Of a stretch of DNA of 64,000 bases, positions 8,948-18,000 are shown one piece after another. Below the pieces are notes generated by a model, which made no database searches, had not been told where the DNA came from, and saw only the letters and a program-made list of their open reading frames with translations. The stretch is from IMG/VR virus record IMGVR_UViG_3300008954_000048, positions 1,662 to 65,661 of that record. One strand, given 5' to 3'. Position numbers and translations under genes: made by a program. The stretch comes from a virus. Taxonomy: Duplodnaviria; Caudoviricetes. How positions within the stretch are numbered: the stretch's first letter is position 1; every line of letters begins with the position of its first letter.

Positions 8948-9712
8948 TTATCTCTTTTGCCGGCGCTTACCAATGCGATCTGCAGAAAGGTCCAACATTT
9001 GGCCATTAACAATCGTAGGATAAACGAGGTTTCCGCGGTCGTTGACGAATGGTGCTTCGGCGATTAGGGCAACATCACCCATATAATACCGAAGGTCGCC
9101 GACGTTGTGGCGGGGGGTCTCAAGCTCTTCAAAAACCTTCTTATATGCCTTGAGCAACTTGTTACATGCCCACTCATCGATCTGAACATTTTCTGGATTT
9201 GCCAGCCAATCCAATACTCGCTTGTGAGACTTTGCAGTGCCCGGGCGATGTTGCCAATAGTAACCATTCTTACCACTGCCGATCCGAATTGCAATTTCCA
9301 TCTTGGCCTTGAGCTCAGCATCCGGAGCCCAAACTCCGTTGTTTCGGATATCGGCAGCCTCTGCCAACATATTGTTCAACCAAGTCTGCTGCTTTTCGCT
9401 GAGGTTCCAGCCGCGGCGAACCTTTCCAGCAAAGTCGGTGAGAATGTCTCGCCGGCGCTCCATGCCCTTGAGGTTAGCAGCAGCCATAATCTCATTGACC
9501 TGGGTTTCGTTCTTCGCGACCGGAACGCCTTCCTCAATAATGGAATCGAGCCAAGCTCGACGCTTTGGGCTAAGGCCTCGATTTGTATTGAGGCGCCATT
9601 CCATATCCTTGGCGAATCGACAATTTCGATCTTCACCCAGGCCTGCGGCTTCAAAAGCCTTGATTAGTTCCTGGGTTTGTGATAGCCGAAGTTCGCGGGA
9701 TTTGCGAGCCAT
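8948..9712 (-). CDS. Early hypothetical protein with internal repeat
   Basis: LSPKRRAWLDSI / LSEKQQTWLNNM repeats; RBS GGAG before ATG 9712; first gene behind a class I promoter. Confidence 0.7.
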   Translation of the reverse strand: MARKSRELRLSQTQELIKAFEAAGLGEDRNCRFAKDMEWRLNTNRGLSPKRRAWLDSIIEEGVPVAKNETQVNEIMAAANLKGMERRRDILTDFAGKVRRGWNLSEKQQTWLNNMLAEAADIRNNGVWAPDAELKAKMEIAIRIGSGKNGYYWQHRPGTAKSHKRVLDWLANPENVQIDEWACNKLLKAYKKVFEELETPRHNVGDLRYYMGDVALIAEAPFVNDRGNLVYPTIVNGQMLDLSADRIGKRRQKR

Positions 9713-9759
9713 GTTTTCTCTCCTATTACTTGGTAGGGCCATTCCCCACCATCAAGTAT

Positions 9760-9789
9760 ATTATACCCCATGGTCGACTTTTTTGCACG
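9760..9789 (-). promoter_or_regulatory. Class I promoter GTGCAA-N17-TATAAT
   Basis: Exact 17-bp spacing; same motif recurs at least 8 times in the window. Confidence 0.75.
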
Positions 9790-9819
9790 AAAATACAGCA
9801 AAAACCTCACAAACTACAT

Positions 9820-9851
9820 AAAAAAAGCCTAACCAGATTAACCAGTTAGGC
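9820..9851 (-). terminator. Intrinsic terminator
   Basis: GCCTAACTGG-ttaat-CTGGTTAGGC hairpin followed by a T7 tract on minus strand. Confidence 0.8.
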
Positions 9852-9864
9852 CTTGAAAATGAAA

Positions 9865-10019
9865 GTGAGGAGGAACCAATTACCATCCTGATATCGGGAG
9901 TCCCTAAACCTGACATTATGAGCACTAGTAACTCATCTACTAACGTCTTCCCCTTGGGGGAAAGGGGTCAGAGGCTTTTACTCAACCAACCGCAGGTATG
10001 ACAACCAATTCCTCCTCAC
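9865..10019 (-). ncRNA. 155-nt structured RNA (rod with branched tip; possibly 6S-like)
   Basis: Perfect 11-bp terminal inverted repeat GTGAGGAGGAA/TTCCTCCTCAC, extended by 11 bp with 6 G-U pairs valid only on minus strand, plus nested stems; no ORF; terminator downstream. Confidence 0.7.
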
Positions 10020-10025
10020 AAATAA

Positions 10026-11264
10026 CTATACCCTGTCATTCCGAAAATGGATAAAAGTTGGAAAACGAAGTGACCCGTCAGGGGTTACTTCCTGATATCG
10101 GACTTCGATTAATCGACCAATATAGTCATCTGGATTATTCCAGATCTCCTGGCGAAGCTCGTCATCCATGCCACTTCCAACACCCACCTCAACGCCGTTA
10201 TAGTCAACAATCAGCGTTCCACACATATCTCGGAATTTACCTTTTCCTTCTTCTATCCGAAGTACTTCAACATCAGCATCATGAAATGACTTTACCTTCA
10301 TGACCTCATACCCCCTGCCGCGGCGATACAGGGCCTCAAGATCTTTTACCATGACCCCCTCATAACCCTCTTCCACAAACTGATGATGGTACATATCAAT
10401 CTGGCCCTGGCATGCCAAAATAGTATGACGTGGAACTAGCAGAAGATATTTCGATTGACGCCCACCCGCGTAGAAGCGTGCTTCGAGCAATGCGCGTCGT
10501 TCCCGGCATGTTTCTCCAGGAAGGTCCTCAACCCAATCTTCAAGAGACATAAAATCGAACAAAGCTAGATATGAATTGGTAACATCCACATCATCTTTAC
10601 GATATGCTTGACGCATGAGAGCTACAAAATCTTCCCCCATTATTTCGCCATCATAGAACCCATCGCCTAATCGTGATAACTCATATCCAATTGTGTCATC
10701 AAAATTTGTAATCTGCTTTCCAGATCTGGCATACAGAGTTGCTGCCCCATCCTTAACAACAGCACAACATCGAATTCCATCTAGTTTCGGTTCAAGAGCA
10801 ATTACCTCTTGATTCTTAATCCTCTTTAGTTCGAACTTTTGTGCAAGCTGTACATCAAAAGTAGGAATCAAGCCAGGGAATATACTATTGATTGTCTTTG
10901 TCGATGCCCCAATCGCCAGGTGCTTCTTAAGAACCTTCCGCATCCACTTCTCTTCTCTAGGAAATGCCGATGATAAAGCGGTTTCCATAATTGATATTGC
11001 AGCATTACCGGTGTGATAACGTTCTGAGCAAAGCTTTGCACAATCTAAGAATAGGTTCCACCTATCTTCCTCTTCATAGCCACACTTTCGATTATCAAAT
11101 GCTAGCTTCGGAATCTTTACAATATTGAATACAATGTACGGATCATTTGCATACTTCAATACACGTTGCAGTAGCATATTGTCAGAATGTTCCTGTAAGA
11201 TTTGCTTCTTAGCATTTGAACCAGAAACATCTTTTACGGCTTGTAGGATATCAGATACTAACAT
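10026..11264 (-). CDS. lig: ATP-dependent DNA ligase
   Basis: EPKLDGIR, YDGEI, EGVMVK, MKVK, SLRFP. Confidence 0.93.
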   Translation of the reverse strand: MLVSDILQAVKDVSGSNAKKQILQEHSDNMLLQRVLKYANDPYIVFNIVKIPKLAFDNRKCGYEEEDRWNLFLDCAKLCSERYHTGNAAISIMETALSSAFPREEKWMRKVLKKHLAIGASTKTINSIFPGLIPTFDVQLAQKFELKRIKNQEVIALEPKLDGIRCCAVVKDGAATLYARSGKQITNFDDTIGYELSRLGDGFYDGEIMGEDFVALMRQAYRKDDVDVTNSYLALFDFMSLEDWVEDLPGETCRERRALLEARFYAGGRQSKYLLLVPRHTILACQGQIDMYHHQFVEEGYEGVMVKDLEALYRRGRGYEVMKVKSFHDADVEVLRIEEGKGKFRDMCGTLIVDYNGVEVGVGSGMDDELRQEIWNNPDDYIGRLIEVRYQEVTPDGSLRFPTFIHFRNDRV

Positions 11265-11285
11265 GGTGTAACTCCTTGTATGACA

Positions 11286-11315
11286 ATTATATCATACAAT
11301 ATATGGATTTACACG
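11286..11315 (-). promoter_or_regulatory. Class I promoter GTGTAA-N17-TATAAT
   Basis: Upstream of ligase; 17-bp spacer. Confidence 0.75.
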
Positions 11316-11325
11316 AAATTGCTCA

Positions 11326-11730
11326 TTAAGGCCGGTCGTCTTTTACGCCTGTTCCGCTCCATCGTGCCTTGCGGCCACGGATATCATAATGAGTAAAAGT
11401 CAAATAACGACCAACACCACCCTGCATCATTTTACCCTCTTCGATAAGTTGTAGTATTGTAGATCTTACATCATCCGGATGCATTCCGTCCACCTTGATG
11501 TCCGAAGCTTTTGCCAACATATGCTGGCTTTTACGAGCACCACCTATCTTTCGATTATATGGGGGAGAGCGATACCCGCTAATTACCCTTATTGGAAGAC
11601 CTATATGATCTCTAAGTACCTGTAAGTTTTTTGCCAGAAGCCGCACATTATCCATGTACTCTGGCGGAACATCCGATCCGTCTCTGCACCGAAATTCTCG
11701 TAAAGAAAAGTTTTTTGTTAAATCACCCAT
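11326..11730 (-). CDS. Peptidase M15A family (candidate endolysin)
   Basis: NFSLREFRC, SGYRS, SQH...ASD, THYD zinc motifs. Confidence 0.85.
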   Translation of the reverse strand: MGDLTKNFSLREFRCRDGSDVPPEYMDNVRLLAKNLQVLRDHIGLPIRVISGYRSPPYNRKIGGARKSQHMLAKASDIKVDGMHPDDVRSTILQLIEEGKMMQGGVGRYLTFTHYDIRGRKARWSGTGVKDDRP

Positions 11731-11751
11731 ATGCTGAGTGCACTCCTGTTG

Positions 11752-12015
11752 TCATCGAAATGTTGGATCTTTTGCCGTCTTAAATAGTTCTGGCATAAAA
11801 GACTTTTTAAGCTTGAGAAGCCTACCGAACTTTACTCGGCCTCGGAGGTTTATCAAGACACCTTTTGGTTTCTTAACTTCACCGTCGATTAATAGTTCAT
11901 CAAAATTATAAAATTTAACCTTAGCGTCTTTTGCTGGAGGTTTCGCAGCCATGGCTGTTTGAGCACATACGACGAAGGCAACAGAAAGGGCCAACGCTCG
12001 TATCACATGCTTCAT
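11752..12015 (-). CDS. cglF: CglF/GltF-like secreted gliding-motility protein
   Basis: Signal peptide + YNFDELLIDGEVKKP...FGRLLKLKKSFMPEL, matching my recollection of the myxobacterial CglF pattern. Confidence 0.6.
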   Translation of the reverse strand: MKHVIRALALSVAFVVCAQTAMAAKPPAKDAKVKFYNFDELLIDGEVKKPKGVLINLRGRVKFGRLLKLKKSFMPELFKTAKDPTFR

Positions 12016-12347
12016 CAGATCCCGAATTTGCCTGGGTCTATCTCATAGTTATTAAAGATTTCATCAACGCTATAGCCACCAAAAAATTCCTGAAGATCTA
12101 GGGCCGCATACTCTAAGGCGTCTTGTTGATTTGAACCTATACCGTCTAAATGCTTATCAATGTATACGTCCAATAGATCTGTAATTGCCCTATCAGCAAT
12201 CTCTTCAGCTGTCTGTACGGTGCCCTCATTAATCTTTTGTCCCTTTACTGCAGCGGCAAGCTCAGGATGGGCACGAGAACGCATAGGACTAAAGGATTCT
12301 ACTTCTTCCTTAATCAAGCTACGTAATTGTTTTCTAGATAATTTCAC
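12015..12347 (-). CDS. Putative virion internal protein (tagged)
   Basis: MKLSRKQLRSLIKEE N-terminus, KINE site. Confidence 0.6.
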   Translation of the reverse strand: MKLSRKQLRSLIKEEVESFSPMRSRAHPELAAAVKGQKINEGTVQTAEEIADRAITDLLDVYIDKHLDGIGSNQQDALEYAALDLQEFFGGYSVDEIFNNYEIDPGKFGI

Positions 12348-13253
12348 TTATCGCTCCCTACGGCCATAGGCTTTCACATTATCCCGAGTCCTTCCAATCT
12401 CATGACTACTAAGATGCCTAGCATCCTTGGCTGTCTTAGGGTCAAGGGCACTCCATGCGTCAGATAGTGCATTCTCTAAATAGTCGGCAAACTCCTTAGC
12501 CTTAGCTTTTTGTTGCTTACGAATCTCTGCATATTCTGGGCCACGAAGACCCTTAATGCCGCCACGCTTCGGGCCCCCAGCCTTCGCAGCACGCTTTGGC
12601 TTGGTTTGAACCTGGTATGTAAGATCCTGATATTCTTTTGCGAGTTGATCTAGCGTTGCATCACCCTCTAATACCGCCATCATCTGTGCTTGAATATCTC
12701 GACGTAATTCGGTTTTTAGCTGACTTAACTTCTTTTCTAGTTTATGTTGAGCGGCGCCGGCCATATTTCCTAAAATACTCTTGGCTACTCCGGCAAGCTT
12801 CACCCCGCCCCAAAGACCTGCAATACCTAATGCAACACCTGCTCCGATAGTAGCAATTGTTCCAAGTACCTCATTCATGTCATCCTCATTTAGCTCTAGT
12901 TCATCTGCTGTTAGAACGGGTTCTTCGCCATCGCCAGGATATCCCCCACCTAACTCTTCCCTAATGATTCGTCTTAACTGTGTCATTGTAATAGGCCGGC
13001 CGGCTCTTAATCTTTGGCGGGACTCTTCCATGCGTCGACGTTGTGACATTGGCGTAGATGTTATTGTAGCCTGAAGCCGTAATGCTTCGCTCTTTCGCCA
13101 GACCATAACCTGTTCTGCCTGAATTAGATCTAAATCATGCTCTGTCATGAGCATGCCCATATCAACGTCTAATAGTTCAAGTATTTCATCATCAGATAAA
13201 GGTGCATGTACCTGAGCCTTTAAGACCGCTAATTCTAAAACTTCTTTTGCCAT
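12348..13253 (-). CDS. Putative virion protein with tag and Gly-rich hydrophobic segment
   Basis: ITMTQLRRIIREEL; IATIGAGVALGIAGLWGG. Confidence 0.6.
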   Translation of the reverse strand: MAKEVLELAVLKAQVHAPLSDDEILELLDVDMGMLMTEHDLDLIQAEQVMVWRKSEALRLQATITSTPMSQRRRMEESRQRLRAGRPITMTQLRRIIREELGGGYPGDGEEPVLTADELELNEDDMNEVLGTIATIGAGVALGIAGLWGGVKLAGVAKSILGNMAGAAQHKLEKKLSQLKTELRRDIQAQMMAVLEGDATLDQLAKEYQDLTYQVQTKPKRAAKAGGPKRGGIKGLRGPEYAEIRKQQKAKAKEFADYLENALSDAWSALDPKTAKDARHLSSHEIGRTRDNVKAYGRRER

Positions 13254-13307
13254 TTTAAGAATCCTCCGCTACAGCTATTATAACCATATACATTCATGTG
13301 TAACTTA

Positions 13308-13317
13308 CATAAATATC
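13308..13317 (-). promoter_or_regulatory. Class II (putative late) promoter GATATTTATG
   Basis: ATAYTTA motif recurring upstream of tagged genes. Confidence 0.5.
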
Positions 13318-13349
13318 AACCGAAAGGAATAACGTACCTTAAATGAAGA

Positions 13350-13667
13350 CTATTTTAACTTGGAGTCTTCAAGAAGCATTTTCTTAACTAAATGCCGCCT
13401 CTCTGATTTCGACCTCACTAACTTGGGATCAAGCTTATATCGTTTAGCAGCTTTTTTCCAAAGCTTCCTAAATCGGCGTTGGACAACTTTTTTCTCATCC
13501 GGTGAAAGTGATACAAGCAACTCATCCAAAGTTTTTGGCTTATGATGCCACCCTGTAAAACCGAATGAATATGGGTCCTCAGAAAGTACACTAGTACTAT
13601 TTTCAATATCAGGCACAATTCCAGCATCCAGCATTAAAATCTGGAGAAGCAAGTTTCTGGAATCCAT
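13350..13667 (-). CDS. Hypothetical protein
   Basis: ORF with RBS GGAG. Confidence 0.6.
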   Translation of the reverse strand: MDSRNLLLQILMLDAGIVPDIENSTSVLSEDPYSFGFTGWHHKPKTLDELLVSLSPDEKKVVQRRFRKLWKKAAKRYKLDPKLVRSKSERRHLVKKMLLEDSKLK

Positions 13668-13711
13668 CTCAAACTCCGGTGCTGTGCATACGTCCTAGTA
13701 TGCTATCAAGA

Positions 13712-14065
13712 CTAACTGTTATCTGCTTCGGTCGCCGTAATTGTTGAGCTAGTTGATTCAGTATCTAGCTCAGCATAAAAATACCTTACCTCTGGTTGTT
13801 TTGAGTGGAGAACAACCCATGTTTCCAAAGTGAATGAATTGTCTTCCCCTTCAGGTACCTCATCATATTTGGCTTCGGCTTGAAACTTCCAACCAATCGT
13901 CCTTGATTCGTTATCCGGATCCTGCACACTTCCAACGATGGGGCCAAATTGCTCTTCGGCTGCTTGGCGAAGTTCGGCTACAGTCATCTCACCTACATCA
14001 TTTAGGCCACCTTCATTCAGGCAAACCTTTGCAGCATGATCAAACTCAAGTTGTTGTACAAACAT
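13712..14065 (-). CDS. Hypothetical protein
   Basis: ORF with RBS GAGG. Confidence 0.6.
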   Translation of the reverse strand: MFVQQLEFDHAAKVCLNEGGLNDVGEMTVAELRQAAEEQFGPIVGSVQDPDNESRTIGWKFQAEAKYDEVPEGEDNSFTLETWVVLHSKQPEVRYFYAELDTESTSSTITATEADNS

Positions 14066-14227
14066 TATCGGTTCCTCTTTTTCTTCCTATAGTCCTTATT
14101 TCTTATAAGAACACGTTCTCTTCGTCGCGATGGTCTTGATATCAAAACCAAGGCTCCCATGAAAATTGTAACTAGTAATAATGTATCCACTGCTAACTCC
14201 GTTGTATAAATACCATGCATAAATATA

Positions 14228-14304
<77 letters not shown>

Positions 14305-14309
14305 ATAAA

Positions 14310-14540
14310 TCAAAATGGATTATCCTCACAATATTGAATCAATTCCATAATATAGTCAAATGCTTCATCTGGTAAGTCCTTATATGAAACACCTCCGGCG
14401 GCATCCTTAATAACCTTGGGAATATGTGCATATGCATTTCTTCCCTGGGGATGTTTGGGATGATCTGGAAGCTTGCCCTTTAAGGCTTTAGCGGCTTCCA
14501 AGATCCTTTCCCTTATTTTCCCCTGGTTATCAGGTGACAC
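14310..14540 (-). CDS. Conserved hypothetical protein
   Basis: LPDHPKHPQGRNAYAHI motif; fills the gap between tRNAs. Confidence 0.6.
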   Translation of the reverse strand: MSPDNQGKIRERILEAAKALKGKLPDHPKHPQGRNAYAHIPKVIKDAAGGVSYKDLPDEAFDYIMELIQYCEDNPF

Positions 14541-14718
14541 CTAAGCATTCCTATAATTGTTATAGCAAAATGCTGCAAACAATGTGCAAATACCACAAAT
14601 TAGATAATTTCCAGTCATTGCTGTCTGTACAGCAAATGTAGCATTTGCAGCACAACACGCTAAACTTAAATTTCGCCTATTGAATATTTTTCTCATTATG
14701 TACTCCTCATGTTGAATG

Positions 14719-14791
14719 TGGAGCCAGGGGGGATCGAACCCCCGACCTTCTGACTGCCAGTCAGATGCTCTCCCAGCTGAGCTATAGCCCC
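14719..14791 (-). tRNA. tRNA-Ala(GGC), no encoded CCA
   Basis: GGGGCTA acceptor with G3-U70; TCTGA CT GGC AG TCAGA. Confidence 0.93.
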
Positions 14792-14801
14792 ATGAAAAAA
14801 A

Positions 14802-14878
14802 TGGTCGGGGCAGCAGGATTTGAACCTGCGACCCTCTGCTCCCAAAGCAGATGCGCTGCCAGACTGCGCTATGCCCCG
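14802..14878 (-). tRNA. tRNA-Pro(TGG)
   Basis: CGGGGCA...TCTGC TT TGG GA GCAGA...ACCA. Confidence 0.93.
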
Positions 14879-14883
14879 ATATG

Positions 14884-14955
14884 AGCGGGTGACGGGACTC
14901 GAACCCGTAGCCTTCTGATTGGCAACCAGATGCTCTACCATTGAGCTACACCCGC
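14884..14955 (-). tRNA. tRNA-Gly(GCC), no encoded CCA
   Basis: GCGGGTG...TCTGG TT GCC AA TCAGA...CACCCGC T. Confidence 0.93.
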
Positions 14956-14963
14956 GGCCCATC

Positions 14964-15569
14964 TCATCGTCTATTTCTAAACGCTTTAATGACGCCATTA
15001 TATCCTTCTTTGCGATATATCTTCCGAACCTCTCGCCTATACGTTCTCGATTTCGAAACCCCATCAATGTATACATCACAAAGCGCCCACCTATTCGGGC
15101 CACGATGGAAAACAAAATCAGCATCTACCTCTGCATCACTGTGGAGTGACTTTATAGTTGTACTAACTTTTGCAAACCTATGGCCTCGAAGCACCTTATA
15201 TTGTGTACCCCCGTTGAAGTATACTGTAAACTTTGCACTGGGTGAAAACAGGTAGCCATATCTACTGATGGCATCTCGCTGCAAAAGTTTTTTGAACTTC
15301 ACCTGCTGGGCCTTTGTCAACTTATCCCAATTAGGTCGAAAAATTGATTCTGCATATGTTTCCCAATCTATGTTGTTATCCAAAAACACCTGTGCTGACT
15401 TGGGCGGCCTCCTGGAACTATCAAGTATCTTATCTCGATACTTTTCAACGCCCGCTGGATTAAATGCTTGCACAGTTGTATATGCTTTGTACTGTGTATT
15501 CAGCATAATTTGTGGATCTCCCCCAGTGAACAAATATGCACTGGCAACTGCTACTACTAAAGACTTCAT
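14964..15569 (-). CDS. mlaC: MlaC/Ttg2D-family periplasmic phospholipid-binding protein
   Basis: Signal peptide; IDWETYAESIF..NWDKLTKAQQVKF and WALCDVYIDGVS..TYR hallmarks. Confidence 0.75.
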   Translation of the reverse strand: MKSLVVAVASAYLFTGGDPQIMLNTQYKAYTTVQAFNPAGVEKYRDKILDSSRRPPKSAQVFLDNNIDWETYAESIFRPNWDKLTKAQQVKFKKLLQRDAISRYGYLFSPSAKFTVYFNGGTQYKVLRGHRFAKVSTTIKSLHSDAEVDADFVFHRGPNRWALCDVYIDGVSKSRTYRREVRKIYRKEGYNGVIKAFRNRR

Positions 15570-15589
15570 CTAACTACCTCTTGTAAAAG

Positions 15590-15665
15590 TGGAGCCACCG
15601 ATAGGGTTCGAACCTACGACCTGCTGATTACAAATCAGCTGCTCTACCAACTGAGCTACGGTGGC
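15590..15665 (-). tRNA. tRNA-Thr(TGT)
   Basis: GCCACCG...GCTGA TT TGT AA TCAGC...CGGTGGC TCCA. Confidence 0.93.
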
Positions 15666-15670
15666 TTATG

Positions 15671-15985
15671 TCAAATGTACCTTGCTTCTTCACTCCCGTC
15701 ATAACAACCATTAACGGCAAACCCTGGAGGAAGTGCACATAACCTGCCAGTTACTTCAGAAATAAGTGGCATAAGGCCGGCTGCATCACCCTGATTTATA
15801 CCAAGCTTCTCCATTAGATAATTGTAATGTAACATACCATCATTCTTAAAAATAAATGCTTTTCCAGAAGCACCACCATCCTGAGACCAGACAAGAATCC
15901 ACTTATCACCCTCAGCCTTTCCAAACCAGCATGGATAACGAGTCCCGTTACCTGGCTGATGATCATAAAATTCCATATTAGTCAT
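15671..15985 (-). CDS. Hypothetical protein
   Basis: ORF with RBS, overlaps upstream stop. Confidence 0.55.
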   Translation of the reverse strand: MTNMEFYDHQPGNGTRYPCWFGKAEGDKWILVWSQDGGASGKAFIFKNDGMLHYNYLMEKLGINQGDAAGLMPLISEVTGRLCALPPGFAVNGCYDGSEEARYI

Positions 15986-16238
15986 GGTCTACTCCTTTGC
16001 GACATGCACTTTTATTTGCTTTCTTTTTCTTATCAGTAAATACAGTTGAGCGGCCTCGCCACCCTGATAAATCTCCGCCTTCTTTAAAGTACCGGGCACG
16101 GTCTGCACCAGCTGTTCGACGATTACGTTCAATAGCACGCTCTTCTGGAGTCATATTCCTCCATGCACGTGCACGACGTACGACGTTAAGCTTCTTACGC
16201 TTTGATGCCTTACTTCTTTTTCGTCGACTCATCTTCAA
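15978..16238 (-). CDS. Highly basic small protein
   Basis: R/K-rich ORF in operon. Confidence 0.55.
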   Translation of the reverse strand: MKMSRRKRSKASKRKKLNVVRRARAWRNMTPEERAIERNRRTAGADRARYFKEGGDLSGWRGRSTVFTDKKKKANKSACRKGVDHD

Positions 16239-16434
16239 AATCCTTTTGGATAAACTTTACCCAATCCTTTCCTGATATCCATTTCCCTAATGCAAATACC
16301 CCAGCGGCCAAGATAGCTAATAGAATATACCCAACTACAGTCCACCAATGGCCCTCTGACCATGCTGTACAAAGCTTGGTGACCATTGGGTGAAGTTGGC
16401 AAAAGTTATCAATCATCATCTTCCACCGGATCAC
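16210..16434 (-). CDS. Small membrane protein
   Basis: One TM helix (WWTVVGYILLAILAAGVFAL). Confidence 0.5.
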   Translation of the reverse strand: MIRWKMMIDNFCQLHPMVTKLCTAWSEGHWWTVVGYILLAILAAGVFALGKWISGKDWVKFIQKDFEDESTKKK

Positions 16435-16837
16435 CCTCTGGGGTCAGGCCTTGCCAAAGCATAAGTTTATCATGGAGATCAATCAGGCGCCGGCATTCCT
16501 CAATACCAATCTTCTCCAACTTCATCAGCGACATCATATGGTACTCACTAAGCGTTACCGTAACCTCACCCTCACCGATATCGACAATGATGCCCTTAAT
16601 AAGCATCATTGGCATAATATCATAAGCCTCTGCGGGGGATCCATACTTCCCTTTATCATAACGCTTTTCAACCGCCTGCTTTGCTTCCCGAAGTCCACAC
16701 TTTGTATCATTCCGAAGAGTCTTAATTGCCTGAATCTTCTGGCTATTAGCCATACATTCATCCATCTTCTTCATGGCCTGCGTCGACACACGTAGAACCT
16801 TGTTATTATGATCAATCTTGGACGTATTTTTTTCCAT
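16409..16837 (-). CDS. Protein with ribosomal L7/L12 C-terminal-like domain
   Basis: KIQAIKTLRNDTKCGLREAKQAVE matches the KI.aIK.vR...g.GLkEAK..VE motif. Confidence 0.7.
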   Translation of the reverse strand: MEKNTSKIDHNNKVLRVSTQAMKKMDECMANSQKIQAIKTLRNDTKCGLREAKQAVEKRYDKGKYGSPAEAYDIMPMMLIKGIIVDIGEGEVTVTLSEYHMMSLMKLEKIGIEECRRLIDLHDKLMLWQGLTPEGDPVEDDD

Positions 16838-16855
16838 AACTCAGCTCCTATACCA

Positions 16856-16885
16856 ATTATACAACAGACACGTACAATTTACACG
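16856..16885 (-). promoter_or_regulatory. Class I promoter GTGTAA-N17-TATAAT
   Basis: 17-bp spacer; upstream of the L7/L12-like gene. Confidence 0.75.
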
Positions 16886-17154
16886 AAACCGATATTAATC
16901 TTTAAGATCGATTGTTTCTCGAGGCCCACCGTAGCAAGACGGGAATCCGCCCTTAGCCATGGCCCGCTCATAGATACATGGTGCAATCTTATCTGGATAA
17001 CGAGCCTGCCATTCTTCGACAGCCATTGTTTCCGTATCAATCAGGTCCATATTTCCATCATCACAGCGCATCTCTGTAAAAACCAGAATTGCTTTATTCA
17101 ACTCACTATCCGAAAGACTTTCAAAGTATTCCGGAAAATCGATTCTAATACCCA

Positions 17155-17832
17155 TCACTCACCTCTTATAAATTGTCCATCAAATCCACAACACTGATAT
17201 GTTGTGCCAAGAATGTTCCAGGTCGTCGTCACATGATGATGACCAAAATACCAGATTGGTGGCTCATACCCACACAGCCTCACAGCATTATCTAGATTGC
17301 GGGGAGTTGGGCTATCAGACCTAGCATACTTTGCCATTGGGACTCGGAGTGGAGCATCGTGCGTAACCACAACATCAGGCTTCTCTGTTTCCAACCTTTC
17401 GGCAAACAACGAAAACTCCTGATAGCTTGGGGTCTCATTTCTCCACCAGCTCTTTCCCTCAGTGCGGTGATGCCGATCGATCGACTCCGCACCCCCAAGA
17501 AATAGGTGCTTCTTTCCCTCAAGCGTAAGCATAGCTCCCCGCTGGATCCAAAAACACCCAGGTGCCAACTCTACCAAATCCGGGTTTCCTTGCTTCTCTG
17601 CAAGCTCAGCCCACTTATCCCAGTTATCATGATTGCCACCACATGTAATCCATATCGGGGCACCCTCTGGGCGCTTCGAGAAGTACTTGTGAAAACTGCA
17701 TGGGGATCCACCCCACCTTGCACCAAAATCACCAACCTGGATTACATGAGATACGCCTTCCTTGATTGCTTGACGATCAACCATCACAATATCTTGGATA
17801 ATCCCGTGGATATCACCAACATAAAAAATCAT
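17155..17832 (-). CDS. Calcineurin-like metallophosphoesterase
   Basis: GDIHG, GDFG, GNHD, THDAP, GHHH. Confidence 0.9.
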   Translation of the reverse strand: MIFYVGDIHGIIQDIVMVDRQAIKEGVSHVIQVGDFGARWGGSPCSFHKYFSKRPEGAPIWITCGGNHDNWDKWAELAEKQGNPDLVELAPGCFWIQRGAMLTLEGKKHLFLGGAESIDRHHRTEGKSWWRNETPSYQEFSLFAERLETEKPDVVVTHDAPLRVPMAKYARSDSPTPRNLDNAVRLCGYEPPIWYFGHHHVTTTWNILGTTYQCCGFDGQFIRGE

Positions 17833-18000
17833 ATCTCAACCCTATCACTTAAAAGCTTTAGATCCCTAACTTTCTCAGATCCTCGGTGGCCATCTGTCCA
17901 GAGAATGGTAGCCCAGCGCGCCATCGATCCCAGTGTAAAGATTTCCAAAACAATTCCGGGTACAGAATAACCTTGGTTCATCTTAACAAGATCACCGGCT

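Noticed and set aside
9107-9821. Long plus-strand ORFs (186 and 172 aa)
   Set aside because: Antisense shadows of a GC-richer minus-strand gene that has its own promoter and RBS.
9865-10019. Terminal inverted repeat read as a MITE or a simple terminator
   Set aside because: Pairing relies on strand-specific G-U pairs, no target duplication or second copy was seen, and a separate terminator lies downstream.
14696-15124. Minus-strand 142-aa ORF
   Set aside because: Overlaps three tRNA genes and the MlaC-like gene out of frame.
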